From NCBI GenBank assembly GCA_031835245.2, contig JAVKOQ020000028.1, positions 186,001 through 250,000 on the forward strand: 64,000 bases of DNA, read 5' to 3'. The notes under the pieces are model-generated. The model made no database searches. It worked only from the letters and a program-made list of their open reading frames with translations, and was not told where the DNA came from. This document shows positions 40,997 through 52,352 of this stretch, one piece after another. How positions within the stretch are numbered: the first letter of the stretch is position 1; every line of letters starts with the position of its first letter. This DNA is from Balamuthia mandrillaris (taxonomy: Eukaryota). A program made the position numbers and the translations under genes.

Positions 40997-42439
40997 TTAC
41001 TGCTCCTCCTCATCTTCCTCCTCTTCCTCCTCCGCATCGTTGTAGTCGAGGATGGCTTGAATGTAGGCAACCTTGGTGGTTCCCTTGACGGGGATTTGTT
41101 CCTCTTCGCAATAGGATTTCAGCTTCTCGAGGTCGTAGCTCTCCAAGTTGTCCAAGTCAATCTCATCGTCGTCCTCTTCTTCGCCGTCCTCCTCCTCGGC
41201 TTCTTCCTCAGCTTCTTCCTCCTCGGCTTCCTCTTCCTCGGCTTCTTCTTCCTCGGCTTCCTCTTCCTCCTCAGCAACAGGGCTAGTCTCCTCAACAACC
41301 TCCTCCATCTCCTCTTCCTGTTCTTCCTCTTCCTCGACTTGCTCGGGTTCGGGTTCAGGCTCAGGCTCCACAACTTTCTGTTGTCTCTTGGTGTTGGTCT
41401 TCTTGGGGGCGATGGTCTTCTTGGTGGCGGAGGCAGCGGTGGTCTTCTTGGTGGTAGTGGTGGTAGAGGTAGTCTTCTTCTTGGCAACACGGGCAGGTAC
41501 AACCTCGGGCTCCTCACCGTTCAGACGAGCAGAGGCACGAGAGCCGGAGGCAGCGGCCTTCTTGGTGGTAGCGGTCTTCTTCTTGGTGACGGTAGACTTC
41601 TTCTTGGCAACGCGCTCGGTCTTGATGCCGGCATTCTCCTTGTCGCCGTCCAAAAAGGCCAAGATCCTGTTGATCACCTCCTTCTTCTTGCCAGACTGGA
41701 TGAGGTTGTTCTCCTTGCAGTACTCGACGACCTCCTCCTTAGAGTAGTGTTGGAAAATGTCCTGGAAGGTGATGCCCTTAGCGATGGCCTTCTTCTTCTT
41801 GGAGAACTGGATGGGCTGTTGCTTCTTCTTCTTAGGCTGCTGGACCTTCTCGTTGCGGAGAAGGGCCTGGACCAAAGCGGCGCGAGAAGAGGTCACGGGG
41901 GTGGCGGTCTCGAGGCCTTGGGCAAAGCACAGCTCGTGAAGGGTGTTGGTGGAGAGAGAATCGAAAAAGGCCAAAAGGGCAGCGTGGTTGAGGGCCTTTG
42001 CGATGCTGGCCTGCAGCTCAGCCTTCTTGCTGGCGACTTCGAGGTCGAGGGACTCAGCAAAGCTCTTGAGGACGGCATTGTCGCAGTACTCGGCCATGAA
42101 AGCCTCGATGCCGTGGTCCATAAAGACCTCGTAGAGGCGCTTGCGGAGGACAGTCTTGCTGTTCTCGTTATTTTCGCCGTGGTCGATGGCAACAGACTTG
42201 AGAGCGGCCTTGAGCTCGTCCTTCTGGAGGCCCTCCACAAGGTAGCGGGCGGCGGTCTGGTTGATGACGCCGGCAAGCTGGGTGAGGGCAGTCTTGCGGG
42301 TGGCTGTCTCGGGGAGGGGCGGGAGCTTCTTGTCAGAGGCAAAGATCTCAAACAGAGTCTGCTTCTTCAGGTGTCCGATGGCCTCAGCGGGGTCAGTTCC
42401 AGAGAGGGAGAGTGAAGCGAGCTTGGCGGTGAGAGACAT
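40997..42439 (-). CDS. Intronless 480-aa protein with about six SAP/HeH-like repeats, a K/T-rich linker and an acidic tract; putative chromatin or nucleic-acid-binding protein
   Basis: LQKDELKAALKS...KTVLRKRL, NAVLKSFAESLDLEVASKKAELQASI, TNTLHELCFAQGL...RAALVQAL, SKEEVVEYCKENNLIQSGKKKEVINRIL, LEKLKSYCEEEQIPVKGTTKVAYIQAIL. Codons end mostly in C or G. Confidence 0.8.
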   Translation of the reverse strand: MSLTAKLASLSLSGTDPAEAIGHLKKQTLFEIFASDKKLPPLPETATRKTALTQLAGVINQTAARYLVEGLQKDELKAALKSVAIDHGENNENSKTVLRKRLYEVFMDHGIEAFMAEYCDNAVLKSFAESLDLEVASKKAELQASIAKALNHAALLAFFDSLSTNTLHELCFAQGLETATPVTSSRAALVQALLRNEKVQQPKKKKQQPIQFSKKKKAIAKGITFQDIFQHYSKEEVVEYCKENNLIQSGKKKEVINRILAFLDGDKENAGIKTERVAKKKSTVTKKKTATTKKAAASGSRASARLNGEEPEVVPARVAKKKTTSTTTTTKKTTAASATKKTIAPKKTNTKRQQKVVEPEPEPEPEQVEEEEEQEEEMEEVVEETSPVAEEEEEAEEEEAEEEEAEEEEAEEEAEEEDGEEEDDDEIDLDNLESYDLEKLKSYCEEEQIPVKGTTKVAYIQAILDYNDAEEEEEEDEEEQ

Positions 42440-42653
42440 CTAGTTGTGTGTTTGTGTGTGAAGGAAAAAAAAAAGGGTCGGTCCGGTCGGTCGTTCGGTC
42501 GGTCGGTCGGCTTAGGCGGCGGCTCTGCTGCTGTGTCGTGCGGCGGAAGAGTTGCTGTGGTTTTGTTTGTTGTTGTGTGAGTGAGAAAATAGAAAAAATT
42601 TTGGGTGGCGCTTTTTATTGTGCCACTTCCTTTTCAGTGAGGAGGGGGAAAAA

Positions 42654-42760
42654 GGGCGGGAAAGCGGTTTGGCGGGAAACCAAATTTTCGTTGGCCAGGC
42701 GAGGATGCGGAACGGCTACTTAACGGCAGGTTTTGGCGGGAACTAGAAATGGCGGGAAAA
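42654..42760. promoter_or_regulatory. Cluster of four GGCGGGAA (E2F-like, reverse TTCCCGCC) motifs upstream of the SAP-repeat gene
   Basis: Copies near 42655, 42671, 42735 and 42751, two of them as TTTGGCGGGAA. Confidence 0.55.
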
Positions 42761-42983
42761 CTAAATGGTTATGGGTCATGACGACGTGAAAATTTTCAGG
42801 AGAGGAGAGAAGTAAGAGAAGAGAAGAGAAGAGAAGAGAATGACGAAGAGAAGAGAACGATGAAGTGAACGATGAAGAGAACGACGAAGAGAAGAGAATG
42901 ATGAACAGAAGAGAACGATGACGAGAACGATGAAGCTAGAGAGAAAGAGAGAGAGCCTAAGGGCAAAGCTATAATATGTATAT

Positions 42984-43803
42984 TTAAAAATTCTTGAACA
43001 AACGAACGCCCTTGCTTGCCATCTTCCGCTCCCCCTTGGTACAAAAGTAGTTCGAGCCCCTACCTGGAGAAGCAGAAGCAGAGGAAGAACAAGAACCACT
43101 GCCGCCGCTCGATCGCTGCTCAAGGTGCAACTCGCCCACTTTTTGCATGCGATAAGGCAACCGTCTTGGCGAAGAAGAAGAAGAAAAAGCGGAGTCCCCA
43201 GAGTCCACGCTGTAGTAAACCCTGTGCACGCCACACCTTTGCAGCCACCGCACGCAAAGGTGGCAAGGCTTGCTATCCCCAAATCCATTCCATCCACCTG
43301 CCTCCTCCTCCTCCTCTTCTCCTTCCTCCCCCTTTCGTCCTTGGGGTTGTTTCGGTCCTCTTCTTATCTTCACCACAAACAAGTCGCACCCATGGCTCTT
43401 CATTCCCGCTTCCTCCTCCTCTTCCTCCTCCTCCTCCTCCTCTTCGGCTTCTCCTTCGCTTCTTCCCTGCCTTTCCCTCTCCCTCTCCCTCTGCCGCTTC
43501 CTCCTCTTTCGTTGTTCCCCTCTCCTCTTGCCCTCTTGCCTCCGCCCGGTGGTCCGCCCCCTGCGCTTCAGCCTGCGTCGCCTCCGCCCAAAGGGCTCAT
43601 TTAAAGCAGTACAGGGCTTTCATCTCGGCGTGCACGCTGCAGAGGGTGAAGCCGCCGCACTGCAGGCGGGTGCGCAGGCGGGAGTTGTGCCCCAGGGCGA
43701 GGAGCTTGCCGCCTTTGACCAGGCAGGCCCCGTGCTTGTGCTCGCAGTCGCTGCGGAGGGCCTCCCTCGCTGCCCGCTCCAAATACTTTTCGACACGTCC
43801 CAT
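42984..43803 (-). CDS. Zn-dependent cytidine/dCMP-deaminase-fold protein split across two frames (candidate +1 frameshift at TTT AAA TGA)
   Basis: ORF1 43803-43597: KHGACLVKGGKLLALGHN...SVHAEMKAL. The +1 frame runs to 42984: DLFVVKI...DSKPCHLCVRWLQRCGVHRVYYS. Confidence 0.8.
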
Positions 43804-44330
43804 TTCTTTTTGCTTTGCTTTGCTTTGTTTTGGTTTGGTCGTTAGTTAGGGTCGGCCACAAGAGAAGAAGTGTTGGGAAGAGAGAGAGAAGAGAGAAGAG
43901 AGCGAGAGAGGAAGGCTTGCCTTTCTTTCTTTTCTTTCTTTTCGGTGAATCTCTATAACGAGAACATGATGGAGAGCCCAAATCGTCCTCTCTCTATCCC
44001 GGTGATTTCAGTGGACAAAAGCCAAGTGCGACAAGGGAAGGAACGAGTCTCAGATGATTCCAAGATTTTTCTTGTCAGCTTGTGCAGGAATCGAGCTTTC
44101 CCGCTGCAGAACTTGTCCAGCATTGACCTTTAAAAAATAAAATAAAAAAGAGAAGAAGAAATCATTTTTTTTTTTTGCTGCTCTTTCATCTTCGTTCTTC
44201 CGCTTCATCCTTCTCTCGCTCTTCCTCTCACTTCCTCTCTCCCTCTCTTCTTTCCACAAGAGAAGGAGAAGGTTTTTTTTTTTGCTATATATCTTCTTCT
44301 TCTTCTTCTCTCTTTTTTTTGTTGCGGTTG

Positions 44331-45346
44331 ATGGTATTTGGACGGGGTAGCGGCGGCCGCTCTTTCGCTACCACTGCCACTAACGCTCGTCTGCGATTCT
44401 TTGCGGGTCCCATCGGTTCCTCTCAGCGGTTCCCTCTTTGGAACCACACATTTCTTCGCTCTTTTGCGCGCGGCACTAGCATCACTCGCTTTCAGCGTTG
44501 CCACTACAACAACATGCAGCAACAGCCCCCATCTACTGCAGCCACTTCTTTTGTGAAACGCGATTTTGCTGTAATTCTTCTTTTTCTCTCTCTCTCTCTC
44601 TCTCTGGCTCTCTGGCTCTCTCTTTCTCTCTTGCTCTTATCTGATTCTCTGCTCTCGTGCTCTCGTTCTCCCGTTCTCCTTTCTCTCTTCTCTTCCTTTT
44701 CTCTCGTTCTGCTGTTTTCTGCTCTCTGCTCTCTTCCTCTTGTGTTTGCTGAGCTAATGTTGAGTTAAAAAACAAATAGGAGGCACTGCAAGCGTTGGGC
44801 ACGTTACAGTCGAATGCAGCGACGATGGAATCGTGGCAGCAACAGCGGCTGCAGGACAAGCAAGTGGACCTCGTCCAAGAAATGCGCAACTATCTCTCTT
44901 CACTTGATGTTGATGTACGTCTAGCTTCCTGCTTTATCTTCTCTGTTTCCTCCTTTCCTCTCTTTTCTCTTTTCTCTTTCTCCTGTCTCTGTTCTCTGAT
45001 TCTGTCTTCTCTGCGTCTCTTATCGTCGCCTTGTACTGTTTCTGTTCTTGTTCCTTTTCTGCTTGTTTTAACAAAAATAACTCTAGATATCAGGGCTGTC
45101 TTGCATCCACGTGGCTGGGACGAAAGGAAAAGGCTCCACCTGTGCATTCGTGGAAAGCATTCTAAGAAGAGGATATGGCCTGCGGACAGGTCTTTACACC
45201 AGTCCTAACCTCGTCCACGTTAGGGAGCGGATACGCATCAATGGCAAACCTCTCGACGAGGCAACTTTCCTTCGCCACTTTTGGGAGTGTTGGGATGGTT
45301 TGAAGAGTGCTTGGGTTTGTGCTGCTTCCTTTTATTCGCTTCCTCC

Positions 45347-45379
<33 letters not shown>

Positions 45380-45786
45380 GCTGGCTAACTACTTTTGGGT
45401 TAATAAACAGGGGGAGAAGGAGCCAGGTATGCCTGCTTACTTTCGTTTCTTGACCATTCTCGGTTTCAAAGTGATGGTTGCCGAAAAGGTCTTACCCTTC
45501 TGTTTTATGTTTTCTCTTCCATATTTCTTTGTTCCCATGCGGACCTCGCTTTCTCTCTTTGCCAAACCGAACAGGTTGATGTGGTGGTATTAGAAGTGGG
45601 CATTGGTGGAAGGGCGGATGCCACGAATGTGGTTGCCAAGCCGGTCGTTTGCGGCATCTCCTCGCTGGGCTATGATCACTGCAACGTGCTTGGCAACACT
45701 CTATCCGACATTGCTTTTGAAAAGTCTGGCATCTTCAAGGTCAACTTTCTTCTTCTTTATCCTTTCCTCATTCTCATGCTCTTTCT

Positions 45787-45827
<41 letters not shown>

Positions 45828-47226
45828 CGTTCTCTACCTTCAGTTCATTCTGCTTTCTTTGTCTTGCCTTTTTTTTATTACAAGCAAAAACTCATTCTCG
45901 AAACCAAAAAAAAAAAAAAAACAAAAACAAAAACAAAAACAAAAACAAAAAATTAATAAAACAAAGGAAGGAAGACCAGCTTACACTTCGCCACAAGAAG
46001 AAGAAGCAATGATTAGGCTTCGCCAACGAGAGAAAGAAAAGAGAGTCACCTTTCTTCGCGAAGCTCCTCCTTTCCGTTCCTTCTTTGCTCATTCCAACAA
46101 CAGCAACAACATTCGCTTGGGTCTCGAAGGAGAGTTTCAACACATAAATGCCTCTTTGGCTGTTTCGCTCTGCAACGAATATCTCTCCCAACTCCGTCAC
46201 CATCATCTCAACAACGAAAACGAAAATGAAGACGTCCCATTTCCTTCTTCTGAAGCAGCTATCTCTGCCGCTCATCGCTTCCTACCACTTTCCTCTTCCA
46301 TATTTTCTTCTTCTTCTTCTTGTGTTTCTTCTTCTTCTTCTTCGCAAAAACAACAAAAAGAAGGCATTGAAGCGGAAGAAAACGAAAGTTTGCCGAAAGA
46401 GTTTTTGGTGGGATTGCAGCAATGCAAATGGGCAGGAAGAGCGCAATCCATCTCTCTTTCTTCGGGGCTAAGTCTTCATCTGGATGGAGCGCACACCGCG
46501 GAGAGCATGAAGGTGTGCAAACAGTGGTTCATTCAAAAGGTAAAAGAAGCAAAACAAGATGAGCCAGAAGAAGCAGGGCAGAAGAAGAAGAAGAAGAGAG
46601 TGGTTCAAGTTTTGGTGTTTGGATGTAATCGAGGAAGAAGCCCAGAAAAGTTATTGAAGCCGCTTGTCAGCAACGATGAGGAGAAGGCGATCCGATTTGA
46701 ACATGCCCTCTTTACCACTTTTGTTACAAAAGAGGAGGAAGATCAAGGTATGTTCTTTCTTGTCGTTTCTTTCTTGTCGATTCTTTCTTTCTTTCTCGTC
46801 GTGTCTTTGCTTCTTGCCGCGTCTTTCATTCGTTTCTTGTCGTTTCTTTCATTCTTTCCTTCATTCTTTCTCGTCGTTTCGTATACTCTCAGCTGATTTT
46901 CTTTCCCCTGTTGTTCTCCAGAACCAAAAAGCGAAACCGAACGAAGGGAAGCTCTCGAATGGCAACACTCAGCCATGCAAACATGGCATCAACTCACAAA
47001 CGCCTCTTCTGCTTCTGCTTCTTCTCCCGCCAACGTTTGTGCATCCATTCCAGAGCTGTTGAGAAAGTTGGAAGCGATCCGGAAAGACCACGAAGAGGGA
47101 GGCCAAGAAGAAGAAGAAGAAGTACAAGTCAAGGTGTTGATAACGGGCTCCCTCTACTTGGTTGGCGCTGTTCTCGAGGTTTTGTTGGCGCAAAACAAAC
47201 TCGATGAATCCATTTTGGATCTTTAA
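44331..47226 (+). CDS. FPGS: Folylpolyglutamate synthase, multi-exon, with probable mitochondrial presequence
   Basis: [84 protein letters not shown]. Confidence 0.93.
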
Positions 47227-47308
47227 AAATGGGTTATCCTTTTTTTTAAACCTTTAAAACTAACTACAAACAACACACAACAAAGAAGAAAATAAATAAA
47301 TAAAGCGA

Positions 47309-50300
47309 TCAAGTTGGTTTGCTGTGGTCGCTTTGTCGATTTGCAGAAGAAGTTGAAGAAGAAGAAGAAGAAGAAGAAGAAGAAGAAGAAGAAGAAGAAG
47401 AAGAAGAAGAAGAACAAGAAGAAGAAGAAGAAGAAGAAGAAGAAGAACAAGAAGAAGAACAAGAAGAAGAAGAAGAAGAAGAAGAAGAAGAAGCAGAAGA
47501 AGAGCGAATAGCTTCATCGATGGTTTGTCGAATCGTTTGCAAGCATAAGGGTTTGACGATCCAGCCATCGAACAGGTCACCCAACTCCCCCAAATCCGTC
47601 TCCGTCAGCAACGAGGCCGTCAGCGCGTAAATCGGCGGGCAGCGATGGCCCTCCCCCAGTTCCTCCCTTATCTGCCGGGTCGCCTCCCACCCATCGCAAA
47701 TGGGCATGTGAAGGTCCATAAAAATAACGTCATACGGGCAATAAGGAGGCGAAGACATTGAAGAGGAAGAAGCAGAAGTTGAGGAAGAATGGGCAATGGC
47801 GAGAGAGACAGCTTCTTGGCCGTCGCAAGCTAACGCGAGTTGGGTGCAGCCGATCCGTTGGAGCATCTTTATGATGACCTTTTGGTTGATGACGTTGTCC
47901 TCAGCGACCAACACTTTGACGGTGGAGTAGTCTTTCTTGCTGACTTGGGGGGATGTTGGCGGCGTCATCGCCTTGGTGCTATTCTTACTTTTGCTTTCTT
48001 CATCTTGTTTGTGGTCTTTCTCTTCTTTAATTTGCTGTGTTATGTGCGCAGTCTTCGCTTGCTCCATTTCTGGCTGCTGCTGCGTGTGTGGTTCTTCGGT
48101 TTGTCGTTGTTTACGATGCGCTTCTTCTCTTTGTTGTCGTTGTTTTTGAACTTGAGAGAGTCTGGCGGTGACTTGGTCCAACGGCAAAACATGTTCCATG
48201 TGCTTTTGGTGCACGTGAGCAAAAGTCGGTAACTTGATTTCTGTTCCGGCTTCCGGACTGCTTATTTCTCCATTTCTTGAAGGAGAAGAAGAAGAGGAGG
48301 TTGAGGAGGAGGAGGAAGAAGAGGAATATCGACCGACAGGAATGACGAACGAAAACGTAGATCCAACTCCTACCTCGCTTTGCACCCAGAGAAAGCCATT
48401 CATGAGCTTGATGAGCTGTTTGCAGATGGAGAGACCCAAGCCGGTGCCTCCATAGAGTCGCGTGGTGGAGTTGTCCACCTGAGAAAAGGTTGCAAAGATG
48501 GAGGGGAGGCGCTCTTTGGGGATACCTATGCCGCAGTCGGAGACGGAGAAGCGGTAGTAGCGTTTGCGTTCATCGTAGATGAAACCTTTGTTATTTTTGT
48601 ATTCGTCGTCACTGTCGCTATCCGAAGAACAATCTGTGGAGTCGTTCTGTTCATCGTCAATATCTTCATCGCTGATGTTGTTCCAACCATTTATTTCTTC
48701 AGCTTCGTCATCATCCTCTTCTTCTTCAAAGAAATTTTGGTCTTCATCTGGTGTGTCGTCACCATCGCTTTCGTTGTTGCGGTTATCCTTGCTCTTTGAC
48801 TTGCAGCTCTTTCTTCGCTTGCGACGACGGCTTGGTTGGGAAGAAGAAGTACAAACCAAATGACGAACACGTCGTAAAAAGTTTTTCTGAGCGGTACTCG
48901 ACATCTTCTCTACTCTCAATCGTATGATAGACTTGTCTTCGTCAGTATTATCTGCTTCACTGTCTTCAACTTCGTCGCTATTTTCCCCGTCGGTGATGGC
49001 CTTGTTGCTAGAAGTGGAAGGAGGAGTGAACTTAACGGCGTTGCCCAACAAGTTGACGATGATTTGACGAAGACGAGTCGCATCTCCTGTTATTGCTCTA
49101 GCACAGTTGTGATCGACGTGTGCTCTGCGTATTTGTGTGAGAGATACAAATAAACAAGAAACAAAGACCAAGAGAAGAAAGAGAAAGAATAGCAGAAGAG
49201 AGGGATGGGAAGTGAACAGTACTTAATGCAAATGCCTTTGGCAAGGGCGGTGGGTTGACAAACCAAGACGGCATCTCGTACAGTGCCTTGGAGGTCGAAC
49301 GGAAGACTTTCCAACTCAACTTTTCCACTTTCAATGCGAGCACTATCCAATACATCGTTGATTACCATTAATAAATGGGCCTATGAAAAGTTGTTGTGTT
49401 AGGCTTCTGAAGCAGTGAAGAGGGAGAGAGATAGAGGATACGCACTCCGCTTGACTTGATAACATCCGTACACTCTTTTTGTTCAGGTGTTAGCTCCATT
49501 TGTTGTAACAGTTCTGTCATCCCCACAACCCCGTTCTTTACGAGATAAAAAACCGTTCGGTTTTAGTTCCAAACATTGACGACGAAAATAGAAAAACGAA
49601 CAAGAAAAGCAAACAAGAACTAGAAAAATGGGAAAGAGGGAGGAAAAGAACTTACAATAGGGGTTCGTATCTCGTGAGATACAGTCGCAAGGAATTTGGA
49701 CTTCGCGCTGAGGGCAGCTACTGCCCTCTCCTTAGCTCTCACCAGTTCTTCCTCTGCTCGTTTACGTTCTTCCAGGTTCAACATCCATCGCCGAAGCTGA
49801 GCTGTGGCCAAGTCTTGCGAGAAAAACTCGTCCACTGGAATATAGTAAAAGTTTTGATACACTTCGCTGTTCGTTTGGCTTTGTTTAGTCACCCGAAACG
49901 AGAAAAAAATGATAACGAAGGAGAGGAGGAAAAGAAAGACTAACCCTCGAATAAGACTGAGAGGATGGGTGGTGAGGATTTCCAACAGATAAGCGCTGGA
50001 CCATTTGGGAATGGTGTATTGGCACAGTGCCATGGACCGGCAGCCCGGACCAGAAAAGAAGGAATTGACTTTGCTTTCATATCTGTTTCAAGTGTTCGCA
50101 AAAAGTTAGACGACACACAAAGAAGTCAGAAAGAAAAACGACAACAAACTAACACAAAAAACAAAAACTGCGGACAATGATACTAACTCTACAAAACGTT
50201 CATAGCCACGGTAGCCCTGCAACACCCAGAGCGGCTCGGCCACGACCCTCATGCCAGCATAGCCCGCGGCAATGGCCTCGCTCTCCACCGCGTTCCACGC

Positions 50301-51104
50301 CTCGAGCATGGTGTCCGGGCAGAAATAGCCGGCCGAGAGGTAGGTCGCCACCGGGTCCACCACCGCCAGCTGCCCAGAGTCCAAGTGTCGCTGCACCTCC
50401 TCGTTCCCGAGCTTCTCACGCAGGGCGGCGATGTTGCGTTTGGCCTGCTGGGGTGGGTCCACCACCAACACCTTGGCGTGGGCCTTGAGCCCGTCCGCCA
50501 CGAACTTGACGCAGTTTTGCAGCTGCTCCTCCTCCGAGTGAAAGAGCCCACAGAGGTGCTCTCCCGGTTTCAGGTCCTCCAGGTCGTAGAGAGCGTAGGA
50601 GCCCTTTTGGCGAGAGGCCGAGGTGTAGGAGTTAGAGGAGGAACGGGGGGAGTGGTGGTGGTGACGGTGGTGATGAGAAGGAAGCGGAGGGGCAGGAGAA
50701 GAGGAAGCGGGCAGAGGGTGAGGATGGTAGTGGTGGTGACGCGGCAGGTGAAGGCAGCCTCTGGAGTGGTGGCTATTGCAACACCCCCTCCCCTCACGGC
50801 CCCCTGCATCCGCCCCGCTTGGTTGTTCTTGTGCTTGCTCCAGTTCCGCTCCTCCTGCACTGCTAGGAGGAGGAAAGGGCTGTGACTGAAAGTATGGAGG
50901 CGGGGGAGGAGGGGAGTAGTAGGAGCATTCGGCCAATAAGGGGAGGCTAGGTTTTGGGGGTGGTTGCTGGGAGGAGGAGGAGCTCATAGGGTGAGGCTGA
51001 GGTTGTGGAAGCGGTGGGAGAGGGTCAACGCAGGGGATGGGTTCCGCCTGGTGCCCTGGGGCAGGCTCCCCTGCATTCGTAGCGTGGGATAAAAAGCTGT
51101 GCAT
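47309..51104 (-). CDS. Hybrid histidine kinase: MEDS sensor, HisKA, HATPase_c and receiver domains, multi-exon
   Basis: [17 protein letters not shown]...FVADGL...GQL...[11 protein letters not shown]...YESKVN...ALCQY...ILTTHP...NFYY. H-box [11 protein letters not shown]-box [11 protein letters not shown]1 DCGIGI, G2 [10 protein letters not shown]. Receiver: VAEDN, FMDLHMP, ALTA, KP. Confidence 0.92.
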
Positions 51105-52352
51105 GTAGTTTCTTTTCCCTCCACTAAAGTTGAAGTTTTGTTGATTTTTTTTTTAAAAAAAAGAAGATGAGGAGAACAAAAAAGAAAAGTGAACGTCGCT
51201 CTCTCTCTCTCCTCTGTTCGCTTTTCGAATGCCCCTTTCAATTGCTCTCCTGGATTTGCCTTTATGGCTCTGGTGTGGAGCCAGTTAGGGTCTTTTTTTT
51301 TTGCTTTGGGGTAGAATGAAGGAATGAATGAAGCGCAAAGAAGAAGAAGAAGAAGAAGAAGAAGAAGAAGAAGAATAATTACAAATCTCGTAGCAGTGGT
51401 GTGCGTTTGGTTTCGTTTCAAACAACAAAGAAACTTTAAAAAAAAATAATAAAAAGAGAGGTAGGTAGTAAAAAGACTCTGACACGTTTTTTTTTTTGCC
51501 CGGAGCTTGTTGTTTGTTTTTTTTTTTTGAAGTCAGAGGGAAAGAGTTGGGAAGGTTACGCTTCACATTCAACAAGAACGAGGAGGAGATGGTGGTGGTG
51601 AGGGTTGAGGGGGAGGGAGGAGAGAGAGCCTTTTTTAAAAAAAATTATGAAAAATGGACAAAGCGACCTGGAAAAGCCAGAACGCGAGAAAGAGCAAAGC
51701 ACAGCATTTCCAACGTGAAGGAAGGCTGGGCGCTCCCCATTGGTTTTTCCGCCCTTTTCTTTTTGTCCTCTGAAGGGTTGCATGGAGCGATTTTCTACAT
51801 TTTTCCGGAACGGGAGGAGAATTGTGCCTAGTAAGGGATATCCGGACAGATCACGTCAGACGGTTAAATGAATTGATGTTTATTTTAGGTAATGGAAACC
51901 AGATGGTAACTGAATTTCGTCCAAAATTCCCTTATGGAAAACCCCGATTTTCGAGATTATCCGAACACGTGTGCCATGCATTTTTTGCTAACGCCAAAGA
52001 TCAAAAAAAATCTACAACACCTTACTCCCACTTAAACTAGCGGAATGAAGCCCTTCTTCTTCCCTCTCCGAAAAATATGCGCGTGTTCGAAAAAAAAAGA
52101 GAGAGAGATTCCAACCATAACTTGTCTCTGCTCTGTGTCCTTACTTTGAACAAGAGAAGAAGGCGAATCCGAGGATTCTCGCCGCCGGAGCATCAACCGC
52201 AAAGAACGGCTGGATTTTGAGCGATCCATGCACTGCATCACCTCATTATGCATGGCCATAATTGAAATATATTTGTTTTCGATCAAAAAAAGAGAGTCAG
52301 TTACCATAGTAGCGAGCGGTATGCTACTGTGCGTCGTTTTTTTTTATCCAAT

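Noticed and set aside
40922..42415. 497-aa plus-strand ORF antisense to the SAP-repeat gene
   Set aside because: It mirrors the sense codons and is L/G/F-rich with no motifs. Strong codon bias on the sense strand removes antisense stops.
43280..43599. Selenocysteine or simple readthrough of the deaminase TGA
   Set aside because: The frame-0 continuation (ALWAEATQ...WIWG*) lacks PCxxC. Only the +1 frame completes the domain.
50190..50600. Bacterial contamination explaining the GC-rich MEDS segment
   Set aside because: The domain is interrupted by host-type GT-AG introns and is continuous with flanking eukaryotic genes.
51830..52027. Possible MITE bounded by AGTAAGG...CCTTACT
   Set aside because: The inverted match is only 7 bp, with no target-site duplication or second copy in the window.
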